A stretch of 31,197 nt of DNA from Verrucomicrobiota bacterium. Its GTDB lineage: Bacteria; Verrucomicrobiota; Verrucomicrobiia; Opitutales; Seribacteraceae. The stretch spans positions 1 to 31,197 of the forward strand of contig JAQBYT010000045.1 of NCBI GenBank assembly GCA_027622665.1. The letters run 5' to 3'. This document shows positions 1 to 8,298 of this stretch, in pieces. The translations under genes and the position numbers were made by a program. The notes beneath the pieces were generated by a model. It saw only the letters and a list, made by a program, of their open reading frames with translations. It searched no databases and was not told the DNA's origin. Numbering within the stretch: position 1 is the first letter of the stretch; each line of letters opens with the position of its first letter.

Positions 1-5
1 AAACT

Positions 6-37
6 CAGACGCCCTCCGGCGAACCGGAAGGCGTCTG
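6..37 (-). terminator. Probable intrinsic terminator hairpin downstream of the Gfo/Idh/MocA gene
   Basis: On the minus strand CAGACGCCTTCCGG-TTCG-CCGGAGGGCGTCTG forms a 14-bp stem (one G-U pair) with a UUCG loop, ~45 nt after the stop at 81. The U-tract is cut by the window edge. Confidence 0.65.
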
Positions 38-80
38 TTGAAAAACTTGCGACGTCTCCGCCGCAATCAAACGTATAAGA

Positions 81-1466
81 TCAGGACACTCCGGCCACTT
101 CCCAGCCTTTTCTGTACTTCTTGGTGACGTACTGTTGAGCTTCCTTGGTGCTTGCCTTGAGTTTCTCCGTGTCCCAATCAAATTTGCCACCGGCTCGCAT
201 AGCCAAGTTGCCGATCAAGATGGATTCGGTGAGGTTGGCCGAGTACTCGAAGTTGGACATGGCGATCTCGGGCTTGCCTTCGCGGATGGCGCGTACCCAT
301 TCTTCCTTCATTCCTCCGTCTCCACGACCATTGCGAGGGAGAAAAGGTTCGGGTTTCTTAAACTCATTCCTCCCCTGCCACTTGCCATCGGAAAAAAGCT
401 TCCAATCGGCTCCGTAATCGTTGGAAGAATAAATTGTCCCCTTCGTTCCGATTATGAGCGAACCGCTACTGCTGGGCTTTTGACCATGAAGCAAATCCAA
501 TGGGGGCCAGTTTTTAGTCTTGTTGTCGATCTTGCCTTCGTACCAAAAGAAGTCGACGGCGCCACGAGATTCGATGGCAGGGAATTGCATCTTTATACTG
601 GCCCATGCGGGAAAAGTCTCAGAATTAATGGGACCAACGTTTATGGCTTCTACCTTGGTGGGTTGCGTAAGTTCACAAGCCATGTAAGCGAGGTTGGCGG
701 TATGGCAAGCCATGTCGCCCAATGCGCCTGTGCCGTAATCCCACCAACCGCGCCACTTGAAAGGAATATAGGCGGGGTGATATGGACGCATGGGAGCAGG
801 ACCAATGAATTGATCCCAAGAAACGTGACCGGGAACCTCGGGGGTATCCTTAGGTCGAGCAGTAATTCCCGGTGCCTGAGGCCAGACCGGACGATTTGTC
901 CATACGTGCACTTCCTTGATCTTGCCAAGGGCGCCCGAACGGACGACTTCGACGCCTTCGCGAAGACCGTTTTCGGCCGTGCCTTGGTTCCCCATCTGCG
1001 TGCAAATCTTGTTTTTCTTGGCCAACAAACGCATTTGGCGAGCTTCCCACACGGTATGAGTGAGGGGCTTCTGAACGTAAACGTGAATACCTTTTTCCAT
1101 AGCCCGCATAGCTGCAGGTGCATGGTGGTGGTCCGGGGTGCTGACGTTGAGAGCGTCAATCTTATCTCCCATCTTATCGATCATATCGCGATAGTCGGCG
1201 AACTTGACCGCCTTGGGATGCTTGCGCAGGGCAACGTCGAGACGACGGGAGTCAACGTCGCAAGCGGCCACCACGTCGCCGTGACCGGAAGCATGATCGA
1301 AGTCGCTCTTCCCTTTGCCGCCTACGCCGATGCCTGCAATCTGGAGACGATCGTTAGCGCCGAAGACACGACTAGGGAGAAAAGTGAAGGCGAATGCCGA
1401 GGAAGCTGAAGCTCCCAAGAATGCGCGGCGCGAGTAATGAGTGGTGTTAACGTAGCTCTTAGCCAT
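81..1466 (-). CDS. Gfo/Idh/MocA family NAD(P)-dependent oxidoreductase with Tat signal peptide
   Basis: N-terminal SRRAFLG twin-arginine motif, Rossmann IGVGGKG, STPDHHH, HVYVQKPL and GALGDMACH motifs. Confidence 0.92.
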   Translation of the reverse strand: MAKSYVNTTHYSRRAFLGASASSAFAFTFLPSRVFGANDRLQIAGIGVGGKGKSDFDHASGHGDVVAACDVDSRRLDVALRKHPKAVKFADYRDMIDKMGDKIDALNVSTPDHHHAPAAMRAMEKGIHVYVQKPLTHTVWEARQMRLLAKKNKICTQMGNQGTAENGLREGVEVVRSGALGKIKEVHVWTNRPVWPQAPGITARPKDTPEVPGHVSWDQFIGPAPMRPYHPAYIPFKWRGWWDYGTGALGDMACHTANLAYMACELTQPTKVEAINVGPINSETFPAWASIKMQFPAIESRGAVDFFWYEGKIDNKTKNWPPLDLLHGQKPSSSGSLIIGTKGTIYSSNDYGADWKLFSDGKWQGRNEFKKPEPFLPRNGRGDGGMKEEWVRAIREGKPEIAMSNFEYSANLTESILIGNLAMRAGGKFDWDTEKLKASTKEAQQYVTKKYRKGWEVAGVS

Positions 1467-1511
1467 GGTTGTGTTGATTATGGAATTTTGAAGAAAGGGT
1501 GAAAGGAAACG

Positions 1512-1541
1512 AACTTACTTTTCGATAAATCGAATCGGCAA
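1512..1541 (-). promoter_or_regulatory. Putative sigma70-type promoter TTGCCG-N18-TAAGTT for the oxidoreductase
   Basis: Same motif and 18-nt spacing as four other upstream regions in this window. Confidence 0.5.
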
Positions 1542-1581
1542 GAGAAAAACCTTAGATGCCCGAAGAATTTTCCGATGCCAA

Positions 1582-1878
1582 TCAAGACGCACCCACCTGG
1601 CAGGCAAGAGCGATTTCGTCGATCACCTTGGGGTTCTCTATCAATTTTTCCTTCGCCTTCCTGGAAAGCTTTTTAATCCTCAACTCCACCTTGAGGGCCA
1701 AGCTCCTGTCACCAAGTTCTCGCCTCATTACTAATTTCAGGGGGCCACGACCCCGCAGGTACTTCGCGCCTCGTTTACCTTCGCAATGCTCTTCGAGTCG
1801 GCGATTCACATCCAAAGCGATTCCGGCATAAAGACTATCGTCCCTGCAACGGACGAGATAGACGGACCACTTATCCAT
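1582..1878 (-). CDS. GIY-YIG nuclease family protein (UPF0213/YhbQ-like)
   Basis: 98 aa with WSVYLVRCRDDSLYAG, RRLEEH, GAKYLRGRGP and ALKVELRIKKLSR motifs. Confidence 0.9.
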   Translation of the reverse strand: MDKWSVYLVRCRDDSLYAGIALDVNRRLEEHCEGKRGAKYLRGRGPLKLVMRRELGDRSLALKVELRIKKLSRKAKEKLIENPKVIDEIALACQVGAS

Positions 1879-1893
1879 GAGAGTTAAAGGGCT

Positions 1894-3561
1894 TCATTCG
1901 CGAAGGGAATCGGGGGCGTTCACGTCGTAGGAACCAGTCGATTGGTGGGGCGTCATGGGCCAGTCGTCCGTACGGAAGGGATAAGCGGGCAACTCGCGCG
2001 CGTTCATCAAGCCACCTGCAGGCAAGTTGGACCAACCGTAACGTACGGCAACGGGTTCGGCGACCTCGTCGCTCCAGGCGATTACTGCAAAATCATCCTT
2101 GTCGACACGCACCCGAGCGTGGTGAAATTCGCGGTCTTTTCCGGAAATGTAAAAACCGACCTCGACGTCTTGATCGAGCAACAACCCTCGAGCCGTACCT
2201 TTTTCGAAGCGCACGGTGACCTTGCCATCCTTCACTTCCATAGAGTCGTAAACAGGGCCACGCCACTCGATGGGACGGTTGCCATAACCTTTCACCCCGT
2301 ACACCTCGGCCAGAGCCCAGCGAGCGGAACGTTCGCCAACGGGCAACTTCCGTTGGGGATGAATGCCGCCCGAAGTGTTCGTGTCGTAAGTGGCGACAAG
2401 TCCAGTGTTCTTGGTGCGCTTCCAAGTCAATAATTGGATTTCTCGAACAATGCTGGCGTGATGGTTCATATCGTAGGTCATGGATCTCCGATTACTCCAA
2501 CCGGCAATTTGGATAATGCAAAAAGGCAGGTCAGGTTGGCCGAAGACCTTGCGCCAATCCGAAATGACGGCGGGACAAGTTCTGGGATAAGGCTTCCATC
2601 CGACGGTGAACGAATTGTTTTCGCCCTGATAAAAAAGGACGCCACTCACGGCCGCACGTGAAATGGGAATGGTCATACCGTTCATCATTCCTCCGGGTTG
2701 AGCTTTGTCGTCGGGATTCTCATAAGCCTTGGAGTTCGGTCGACGGGGCTCCCGCTCCCCCTTAGCCTTGGCCTCGACTCGGGCATTCTCCCAGTCCTTG
2801 AGATCGGTCTCGTAACGCTTCTTTGCCCCTTCCTCTCGCCCGCCGGAAATCCACTCGTTTCGCGCTTTTTCAAACTTCTCGAAATGGGGCTTCATGGCAG
2901 GGATCGGCCTAAGGGTCTCCTTTGTGACCCAGTGCTGGGCCATGGTGCCTCCCCAAGACACGTCAATCAGTCCAACCGGCGAGTCCAACACGCGCCTCAA
3001 ACGCCGGGCGAAGTAATAGCCGACGCCCGTACAGTTTTCAGCTTGCTCGGAAACACACAGACGCCAATTCCCTTCCGGTGTCGTGGGGTTCTCCACGGGG
3101 AAGTCGTCCTGCCACTCAAAACGAGCCACCTTGGGCAAACGAATGAAACGAATTTCCGGGTGTTTAACGGAAAGCATTTCGAGATCGGCATCTCGGGTAG
3201 AACGAAGTGTCCATTCCATGTTACTCTGGCCACCACAGACCCAGACCTCGCCCACCAGTACGTCCTTGAGGGTTCGCCTGCCGCTCTTGCTCGACACCAC
3301 CAACCTACGTCCATCAAAGCTCTTATTAATCGCGGGCAACTTGATTGACCATTCACCTTTCGCGTCCACCTCTGCCATAACCGAATGTTCCGCAAAACTA
3401 ACCGTCACTTTCTCGCCGGGAGTTCCCCAGCCCCAGACGGGAACCTCCTTGCCGGCTTGCAAGACCATATGGTCCCCGAACAGGTTCGCCAAACGAACCC
3501 CTGCGTGAGAATTCATTCCGATCAAGAAGAGGGCAGCGAAGAATAGGTAGGCGATGCTCAT
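1894..3561 (-). CDS. Sialate O-acetylesterase (SASA/SGNH) family secreted carbohydrate esterase
   Basis: LFGDHMVLQ, GEVWVCGGQSNM, FYQGENN, IHPQRK, AVRYGW and PFRTDDW motifs. Start moved to the ATG at 3561, which begins a signal-peptide-like segment. Confidence 0.88.
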   Translation of the reverse strand: MSIAYLFFAALFLIGMNSHAGVRLANLFGDHMVLQAGKEVPVWGWGTPGEKVTVSFAEHSVMAEVDAKGEWSIKLPAINKSFDGRRLVVSSKSGRRTLKDVLVGEVWVCGGQSNMEWTLRSTRDADLEMLSVKHPEIRFIRLPKVARFEWQDDFPVENPTTPEGNWRLCVSEQAENCTGVGYYFARRLRRVLDSPVGLIDVSWGGTMAQHWVTKETLRPIPAMKPHFEKFEKARNEWISGGREEGAKKRYETDLKDWENARVEAKAKGEREPRRPNSKAYENPDDKAQPGGMMNGMTIPISRAAVSGVLFYQGENNSFTVGWKPYPRTCPAVISDWRKVFGQPDLPFCIIQIAGWSNRRSMTYDMNHHASIVREIQLLTWKRTKNTGLVATYDTNTSGGIHPQRKLPVGERSARWALAEVYGVKGYGNRPIEWRGPVYDSMEVKDGKVTVRFEKGTARGLLLDQDVEVGFYISGKDREFHHARVRVDKDDFAVIAWSDEVAEPVAVRYGWSNLPAGGLMNARELPAYPFRTDDWPMTPHQSTGSYDVNAPDSLRE

Positions 3562-3678
3562 TGCGTCATTGATGCACCTCAAAGACGACTTGACGAGGCA
3601 AGAAAACAAAGTCTCTTAAGGTTTTAGGCGCTTTTACGCTTTCCCTTCGACTGCATTCCTCCAAAGTTCAGCCTCATC

Positions 3679-5145
3679 ATGTCATACCTGTCAAAAGTAC
3701 ACAACACCGACCAAGATTGGTCTCAATCCAATGCCCAGCTAGTAGCTGTCGGTATCTTCGAAGCCCAAGAGCTAACGCCTCTGGGACAAACGATCGACAA
3801 GCACCTCGCGAGCGGCATTTCAAAAGCTGTCCGATTGGGCGCCCTAACGGGTAAACCCGGCGAAGGCCGAACCTTTTATGACGACGAGCGAATAATCCTC
3901 GTTATGGGGTTGGGCAAAAAAGAGAACTTTGACTCCGAGGCCATTCGCAAGGCGGGCGGGTCCATTGCCAAAATGGCCTTGGGCATGAAAGTGACTTCTC
4001 TGGCCGTGGAATGCTTGTGCTCTTGTTCCGAGCAAAAGGATTGCCAAGCCCTCGCGGAAGGAATCGTCTTGGGCAGTTATCGCTTCAACTTTCACCGGAC
4101 AGGCAATGAAGACGGCCCCGACTTGGAGGAGGTCACGGTATTGGGAGGAGATGGGGCCGCTTTGTCAAAGGGTGCTGTAATCGCAAACGGAGTTTGCCTT
4201 GCCCGTGATCTCGGAAACCACCCTGCAAATGTGGCTACCCCCACCAGGCTGGCCGAGGAAGCACAGAGAATCGGTGATTCGGGCGGCATGAAGGTAACCA
4301 TCCTCGACCGGGAGGAAATCGTTGAACAAGGAATGGGCGCATTTGCCGCCGTGGCCCAAGGAAGTGACGAACCTCCCAAGTTCATCACCCTTGAATACAA
4401 GGGTGGTCCCGAAAATCAAAAACCAATCGCCCTAGTGGGCAAGGGTCTCACTTTCGACAGCGGGGGCATATCGATCAAGCCCTCGGGCAAAATGGATGAG
4501 ATGAAGTTCGACATGTGCGGATCAGCGGTGGTGCTGGGAGTCATGCAGGCGGTATCCATACTGAAACCGGCCTTGAATCTAATCGGGGTTATTCCCTCAA
4601 CGGAAAACCTGCTCGGAGCTAAAGCTTTCAAACCCGGAGATATTCTGAAGGCCTATAACGGTAAAACGATCGAGGTGCTCAACACCGACGCCGAGGGGCG
4701 CTTGATATTGGCCGACGCCCTCAGTTACGTAACGATGAAGCACGAGCTCGAATACGCCTTGGATTTCGCGACGCTGACGGGGGCTGTGCTGGTCGCTCTA
4801 GGTCACCACACAACGGGGATCATGGGAACCGACGAAGAGTTGATTCGCAAGGTAAAGGCATCCTCAGCCAAAACGGGCGAAAAGGTCTGGGATTTTCCAC
4901 TATGGGATGAATATTGCGAGGAAGTGAAGTCCAAGGTGGCCGACGTCAAAAACCTCGGCCACGAAAGAAATGCCGGCACGATCGCGGGCGGAGCCTTCTT
5001 AAAGGAGTTCGTCGAAAACGATACCCCTTGGGTACATTTCGACATCGCAGGCTCGGCTTGGGGTGAAAAAGAAAAGCCTTACGGTCCGAAAACGGGAGCA
5101 ACCGGCAACATGATACGTTTGGTCATTGATCTTCTTGAAATCTAG
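3679..5145 (+). CDS. pepA: Leucyl aminopeptidase (M17)
   Basis: GKGLTFDSGG, MKFDMCG, NTDAEGRL and ATLTGA signature motifs. Confidence 0.95.
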   Translation: MSYLSKVHNTDQDWSQSNAQLVAVGIFEAQELTPLGQTIDKHLASGISKAVRLGALTGKPGEGRTFYDDERIILVMGLGKKENFDSEAIRKAGGSIAKMALGMKVTSLAVECLCSCSEQKDCQALAEGIVLGSYRFNFHRTGNEDGPDLEEVTVLGGDGAALSKGAVIANGVCLARDLGNHPANVATPTRLAEEAQRIGDSGGMKVTILDREEIVEQGMGAFAAVAQGSDEPPKFITLEYKGGPENQKPIALVGKGLTFDSGGISIKPSGKMDEMKFDMCGSAVVLGVMQAVSILKPALNLIGVIPSTENLLGAKAFKPGDILKAYNGKTIEVLNTDAEGRLILADALSYVTMKHELEYALDFATLTGAVLVALGHHTTGIMGTDEELIRKVKASSAKTGEKVWDFPLWDEYCEEVKSKVADVKNLGHERNAGTIAGGAFLKEFVENDTPWVHFDIAGSAWGEKEKPYGPKTGATGNMIRLVIDLLEI

Positions 5146-5172
5146 GAATTTCGCGATGCCATATGAGAAAAA

Positions 5173-5198
5173 TGAAACTTTTACCTCCAAGCATCGTT
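5173..5198 (+). promoter_or_regulatory. Putative ECF-sigma promoter TGAAAC-N16-CGTT upstream of the His-rich protein gene
   Basis: Matches the classical ECF -35 (GAAAC) / -10 (CGT) architecture and closely matches the motif upstream of the ECF sigma gene at 8299-8324. Confidence 0.65.
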
Positions 5199-5252
5199 GA
5201 AGTAGAAAAGAAACCTATAGGCTTACGAGCCATAATCCAAAACCACATAAAA

Positions 5253-6320
5253 ATGGCTAACTTATTAAAACGACTCGGCGGAGCATGCCTCGCGGCAAGC
5301 ATCGTTACCTTCTTCGCTACCTCTGCGGTCGCCGAAGACCGAAAAGGACCACCACCCGAGAGACATGGCAAGCCCGAGGCTCGCCCCGGCGGTTCTTCCC
5401 ATGGAAAAAGCTCTTCTTCCTCGTTGAGAGATCGCTGGAACAAAATGAGCGAAAAGGAACGCGACCAAGCTCGCGAGAGAATGAAGGAATCCTGGGCTAA
5501 ACGCATGCGAGAAGCCAAGGAACGCCATAGCCGAGATGGCGATCGTGACCATGGCGACCGTGATCATCGAGGTGACCACGACAAGCGCGACGCTCAACAC
5601 GGCGGTTCTTCACACGGCAAACCCAGCGGCGACCATGGGAAATCTCATGGCAAACCCGGCGACCATCAAGGCAAACCCGAAGCTCGCCAAGGTCATTCCT
5701 CTCATGGTCATTCCTCGATCCTTTCCCGGATGAAAGACAAGTGGAACGGCATGAGCGAAAAGGAAAAAGACGCCGCACGCGATCGTATGCGGAGAGCAGG
5801 AGAAGCTTGGGGGCAACATCTTCGAGAACGTTTCTCCCAACACAAGTCCGGCGGCGACCACGGCAAACCAGCTCAAGCTAGACCCGGCGACCAGCATCGG
5901 GGTCCCTCTCACGCAGAAAAATCTCCGCAACATCGACCAAGCCCAGCGCACGGCAACCCTCCCCACGCTAAGCCCGACGGTCAGCATCGCGGTCGACCCG
6001 ATGGCCCCCCGCATCATGCAAGATCCGGTGACCGCCACGGCAACCCCCGACACGCTAGGCCCGACGACCGGCATCACGGCAGAGGCGGACCTCCACGGCA
6101 TGCAAGATCCGGTGACCGCCACGGCAAAACCCAACACGCTAGACCCGGTGGTCAGCATCGTGGCAGAGGCGGTCCTCCGGAATATGCTAGACCCGACGGA
6201 CGCCACGGCAAACCTTCGCACGCTAAGCGAGGTGGACAGCATCGTGGCAGAGGCGGGCCTCCGCAACATGCGAGACCTAATTGCAAAAGGTGTGGCAAGC
6301 AGGGCTCAAAACGCAGATAG
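5253..6320 (+). CDS. Secreted His/Arg/Gly/Pro-rich low-complexity repeat protein with two DUF3106-like helices and a C-terminal CxxC
   Basis: ATG 5253 gives a Sec signal peptide (MANLLKRLGGACLAASIVTFFATSAVA). About 37 His by hand count, internal repeats, and a strong terminator downstream. Confidence 0.85.
   Translation: MANLLKRLGGACLAASIVTFFATSAVAEDRKGPPPERHGKPEARPGGSSHGKSSSSSLRDRWNKMSEKERDQARERMKESWAKRMREAKERHSRDGDRDHGDRDHRGDHDKRDAQHGGSSHGKPSGDHGKSHGKPGDHQGKPEARQGHSSHGHSSILSRMKDKWNGMSEKEKDAARDRMRRAGEAWGQHLRERFSQHKSGGDHGKPAQARPGDQHRGPSHAEKSPQHRPSPAHGNPPHAKPDGQHRGRPDGPPHHARSGDRHGNPRHARPDDRHHGRGGPPRHARSGDRHGKTQHARPGGQHRGRGGPPEYARPDGRHGKPSHAKRGGQHRGRGGPPQHARPNCKRCGKQGSKRR
5949..6280 (+). repeat. 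Four degenerate in-frame tandem repeats of ~84 bp (28 aa, HGKPxHARPxGQHRGRGGPPxHARxxxR)
   Basis: Units begin with CACGGCAA at 5949, 6036, 6120 and 6204. Confidence 0.9.
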
Positions 6321-6349
6321 ACTTCGAGAGTAATTTATCATTCAGCAAG

Positions 6350-6378
6350 AAAGCCCGCCTGTTGGCGGGCTTTTTTTT
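6350..6378 (+). terminator. Intrinsic terminator (possibly bidirectional)
   Basis: AAAGCCCGCC-TGTT-GGCGGGCTTT hairpin whose 3' arm runs into a T8 tract. The A-rich 5' flank could serve the minus strand. Confidence 0.9.
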
Positions 6379-6673
6379 GCTCCGGAACAATCCGCTTATC
6401 CGAGGAGGATCTGAGAACTCCCAAAGGTTTCACAGCAACAGACCCATTTCTCAGAAAACGACAAGGCCAAGTCACTTAGCAAATCCGAGAACGAACAGGT
6501 GGTTCGAGGCCAAAGATTCGCAGCCTATAAACCAACTCCAATTCGGGCTTTTCTTCAACCTGTCACAAGGTTTGGAAAAAAGGTAAAGACAAAGCAAAGC
6601 TCCGCTAAGTTAAAAGGATGGATCGACCCTGAAAAGCCGAATCGCTTTGTATATCGTTCCGCCTCAACCCTCT

Positions 6674-7273
6674 TCAGCGAGCCGGTGGTGTCGGTCGGTG
6701 GTGGGGAGCATTCCTGGGTGGATCAATCGGCGGGAAGGGAGGCTTGCCGCCACGCACGGACCGACCAAGCACTCGATCCATAAAAGCTTTGCGCTCATGG
6801 GGAGGTAATCGCTGAAACTCGAGCATCTCCTTGTCGCGTTTCTTGGAAGGCAAGCTGTCCCAGTAACTACGAAGAGAATTCTGCTTGTGATGGAAATTTC
6901 GAAAAACCTCGCTTCGCCTCTGCAATGGGAGTTCGCGAAATCGTTTAAGGCGACGACGCATATCTTCACGATCCTCGGGAGACATCTTCTCCAACCGCTG
7001 TATGGTTTCTCGCATCAAGCGTAATTTTTCGGGAGGAGTGTCAAGCAAACGCCGGAGCATCTCGATTTGTTCACCACCCCGATCCGCAAGGGGGAAGTCG
7101 GATCTTGCTCCACGATGCTGCCTTTTATCTTTCTCGGGATTGGTGTCACCTCCAATTGATGAATTTTTTCGGGATGAATGCGAAGGTCCCGACTTCTCCG
7201 CCATAGTTCGAGGAAGAATGCCCAAGGTAAAAGAAATGACTATGGCGGAAAGTGAGCGAGTGAGCATTTTCAT
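6674..7273 (-). CDS. DUF3106-like basic helical protein with N-terminal signal/anchor
   Basis: Repeated (W/F/L)xx(L/M)(S/P)(P/S)xxR helices: LEKMSPEDR, FRELPLQRR, YWDSLPSKKR, FQRLPPHER. ATGA overlap with the upstream gene. Confidence 0.75.
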   Translation of the reverse strand: MKMLTRSLSAIVISFTLGILPRTMAEKSGPSHSSRKNSSIGGDTNPEKDKRQHRGARSDFPLADRGGEQIEMLRRLLDTPPEKLRLMRETIQRLEKMSPEDREDMRRRLKRFRELPLQRRSEVFRNFHHKQNSLRSYWDSLPSKKRDKEMLEFQRLPPHERKAFMDRVLGRSVRGGKPPFPPIDPPRNAPHHRPTPPAR

Positions 7274-7644
7274 AAGTCTTCCACATTTTCGGTCAACATG
7301 GCAAAGAGGTCAATTGTTTGCTCGTCGATCAAAAGAGTTTCGTCGGCCAATGGTTCGGCAAGCAGAAGGATATCGTCGAGATAGAGCTGCTTTTCGGGAG
7401 ATGCTACGGGAGACGAAAGTGGCTCTGTTTTTTCACTATGATTGAGAAAATTCGGCAAACACAAAGCCGCGACCAAACAGGCCGCAAGCGCGAGTGCCAA
7501 AGGGATGGGAAAGGAGAAGGACAAAGTTTGCCGGGGTTTCCGGATGTGACTTAGTGTCTGCTCGGTAAAAGCATGAGAGGGCACCCCCTCCTCATTGATC
7601 AAGAATCGATCAATCCGTTCGTCATTTTCAGATTCAGTTTTCAT
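7270..7644 (-). CDS. Putative single-pass membrane anti-sigma factor
   Basis: Directly downstream of the ECF sigma with an ATGA overlap (7641-7644). Short cytoplasmic N-terminus, one TM helix (IPLALALAACLVAALCL) and an acidic C-terminal tail. Confidence 0.75.
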   Translation of the reverse strand: MKTESENDERIDRFLINEEGVPSHAFTEQTLSHIRKPRQTLSFSFPIPLALALAACLVAALCLPNFLNHSEKTEPLSSPVASPEKQLYLDDILLLAEPLADETLLIDEQTIDLFAMLTENVEDL

Positions 7645-8285
7645 GATGATGTACGGTGCAGTTCGTCCAATGCCTTGCGTGCCTGTTGGCGTGCTCGGTG
7701 TATCCAAGTTTTCACTACGAATTCGGACGCCTTCATTATGCCAGCGATCTCTTTGTAGGATAATTCTCTCTGGACTCGCAGCAACAAAGCGGTGCGATGA
7801 GCTTCAGGTAAGCGTTCGAGGCAAATTTCCAAGGCCTCCTCGATGTCATCCAAAGGATTTCGCCCCGGAGTAGACAGTTTCAATTCGGCAGGATCAACGA
7901 TATCGATGGGTCGCCGCTCACGCCGCTTTATTTCGTCCAGTAATAGATTTCGGGCTATCGTAAAAAGATATGTGGAAAATTTTGCCGTAGGCTTATAGCG
8001 ATGAGCGGAACCATGAAGCTTTATGAAAACCTGCTGAGCCAATTCTTCGGAATCGGCATGGCTCCTCAACGAACGATGAAAAAAACGAAACAAAGGAATT
8101 TTCCATCTATCAATAAGGTTCGTGAGAGCAGTTTCATCCCCCGAGGCTACTCGATTCATAAGATCCGCCGACTCATCAACGGATACTTGGGAATCAATCG
8201 ATTGCTCTCGTTCCACTTTCTTAGGAATGGAACCAAAGAGACCGAGCAAGCTCACGGCACTCGAACTGTTTAAAGACAAAGTCAT
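7641..8285 (-). CDS. ECF-subfamily RNA polymerase sigma factor (sigma-70 group 4)
   Basis: Region 2 (SGDETAL...EELAQQVFIKL...FSTYLFTIARNLLLD) and region 4 (LPEAHRTALLLR...LSYKEIA...VKTWIHRAR). Exact start uncertain. Confidence 0.95.
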   Translation of the reverse strand: MTLSLNSSSAVSLLGLFGSIPKKVEREQSIDSQVSVDESADLMNRVASGDETALTNLIDRWKIPLFRFFHRSLRSHADSEELAQQVFIKLHGSAHRYKPTAKFSTYLFTIARNLLLDEIKRRERRPIDIVDPAELKLSTPGRNPLDDIEEALEICLERLPEAHRTALLLRVQRELSYKEIAGIMKASEFVVKTWIHRARQQARKALDELHRTSS

Positions 8286-8298
8286 TCATCAGGTATAG

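Noticed and set aside
135..1409. 424-aa plus-strand ORF
   Set aside because: Antisense shadow of the oxidoreductase with no recognisable motifs.
1582..1878. GIY-YIG gene as the mobiliser of the REP-like repeats
   Set aside because: It is the ordinary UPF0213-like type, 28 kb away, with no repeats flanking it.
5163..5252. Longer N-terminus of the His-rich ORF
   Set aside because: It overlaps the putative promoter, and ATG 5253 gives a clean signal peptide.
5610..6269. 219-aa hydrophobic repetitive minus-strand ORF
   Set aside because: Antisense by-product of the 84-bp repeats.
5949..6280. Regularly spaced repeats as a CRISPR array
   Set aside because: They are in-frame coding repeats with no unique spacers and no cas genes.
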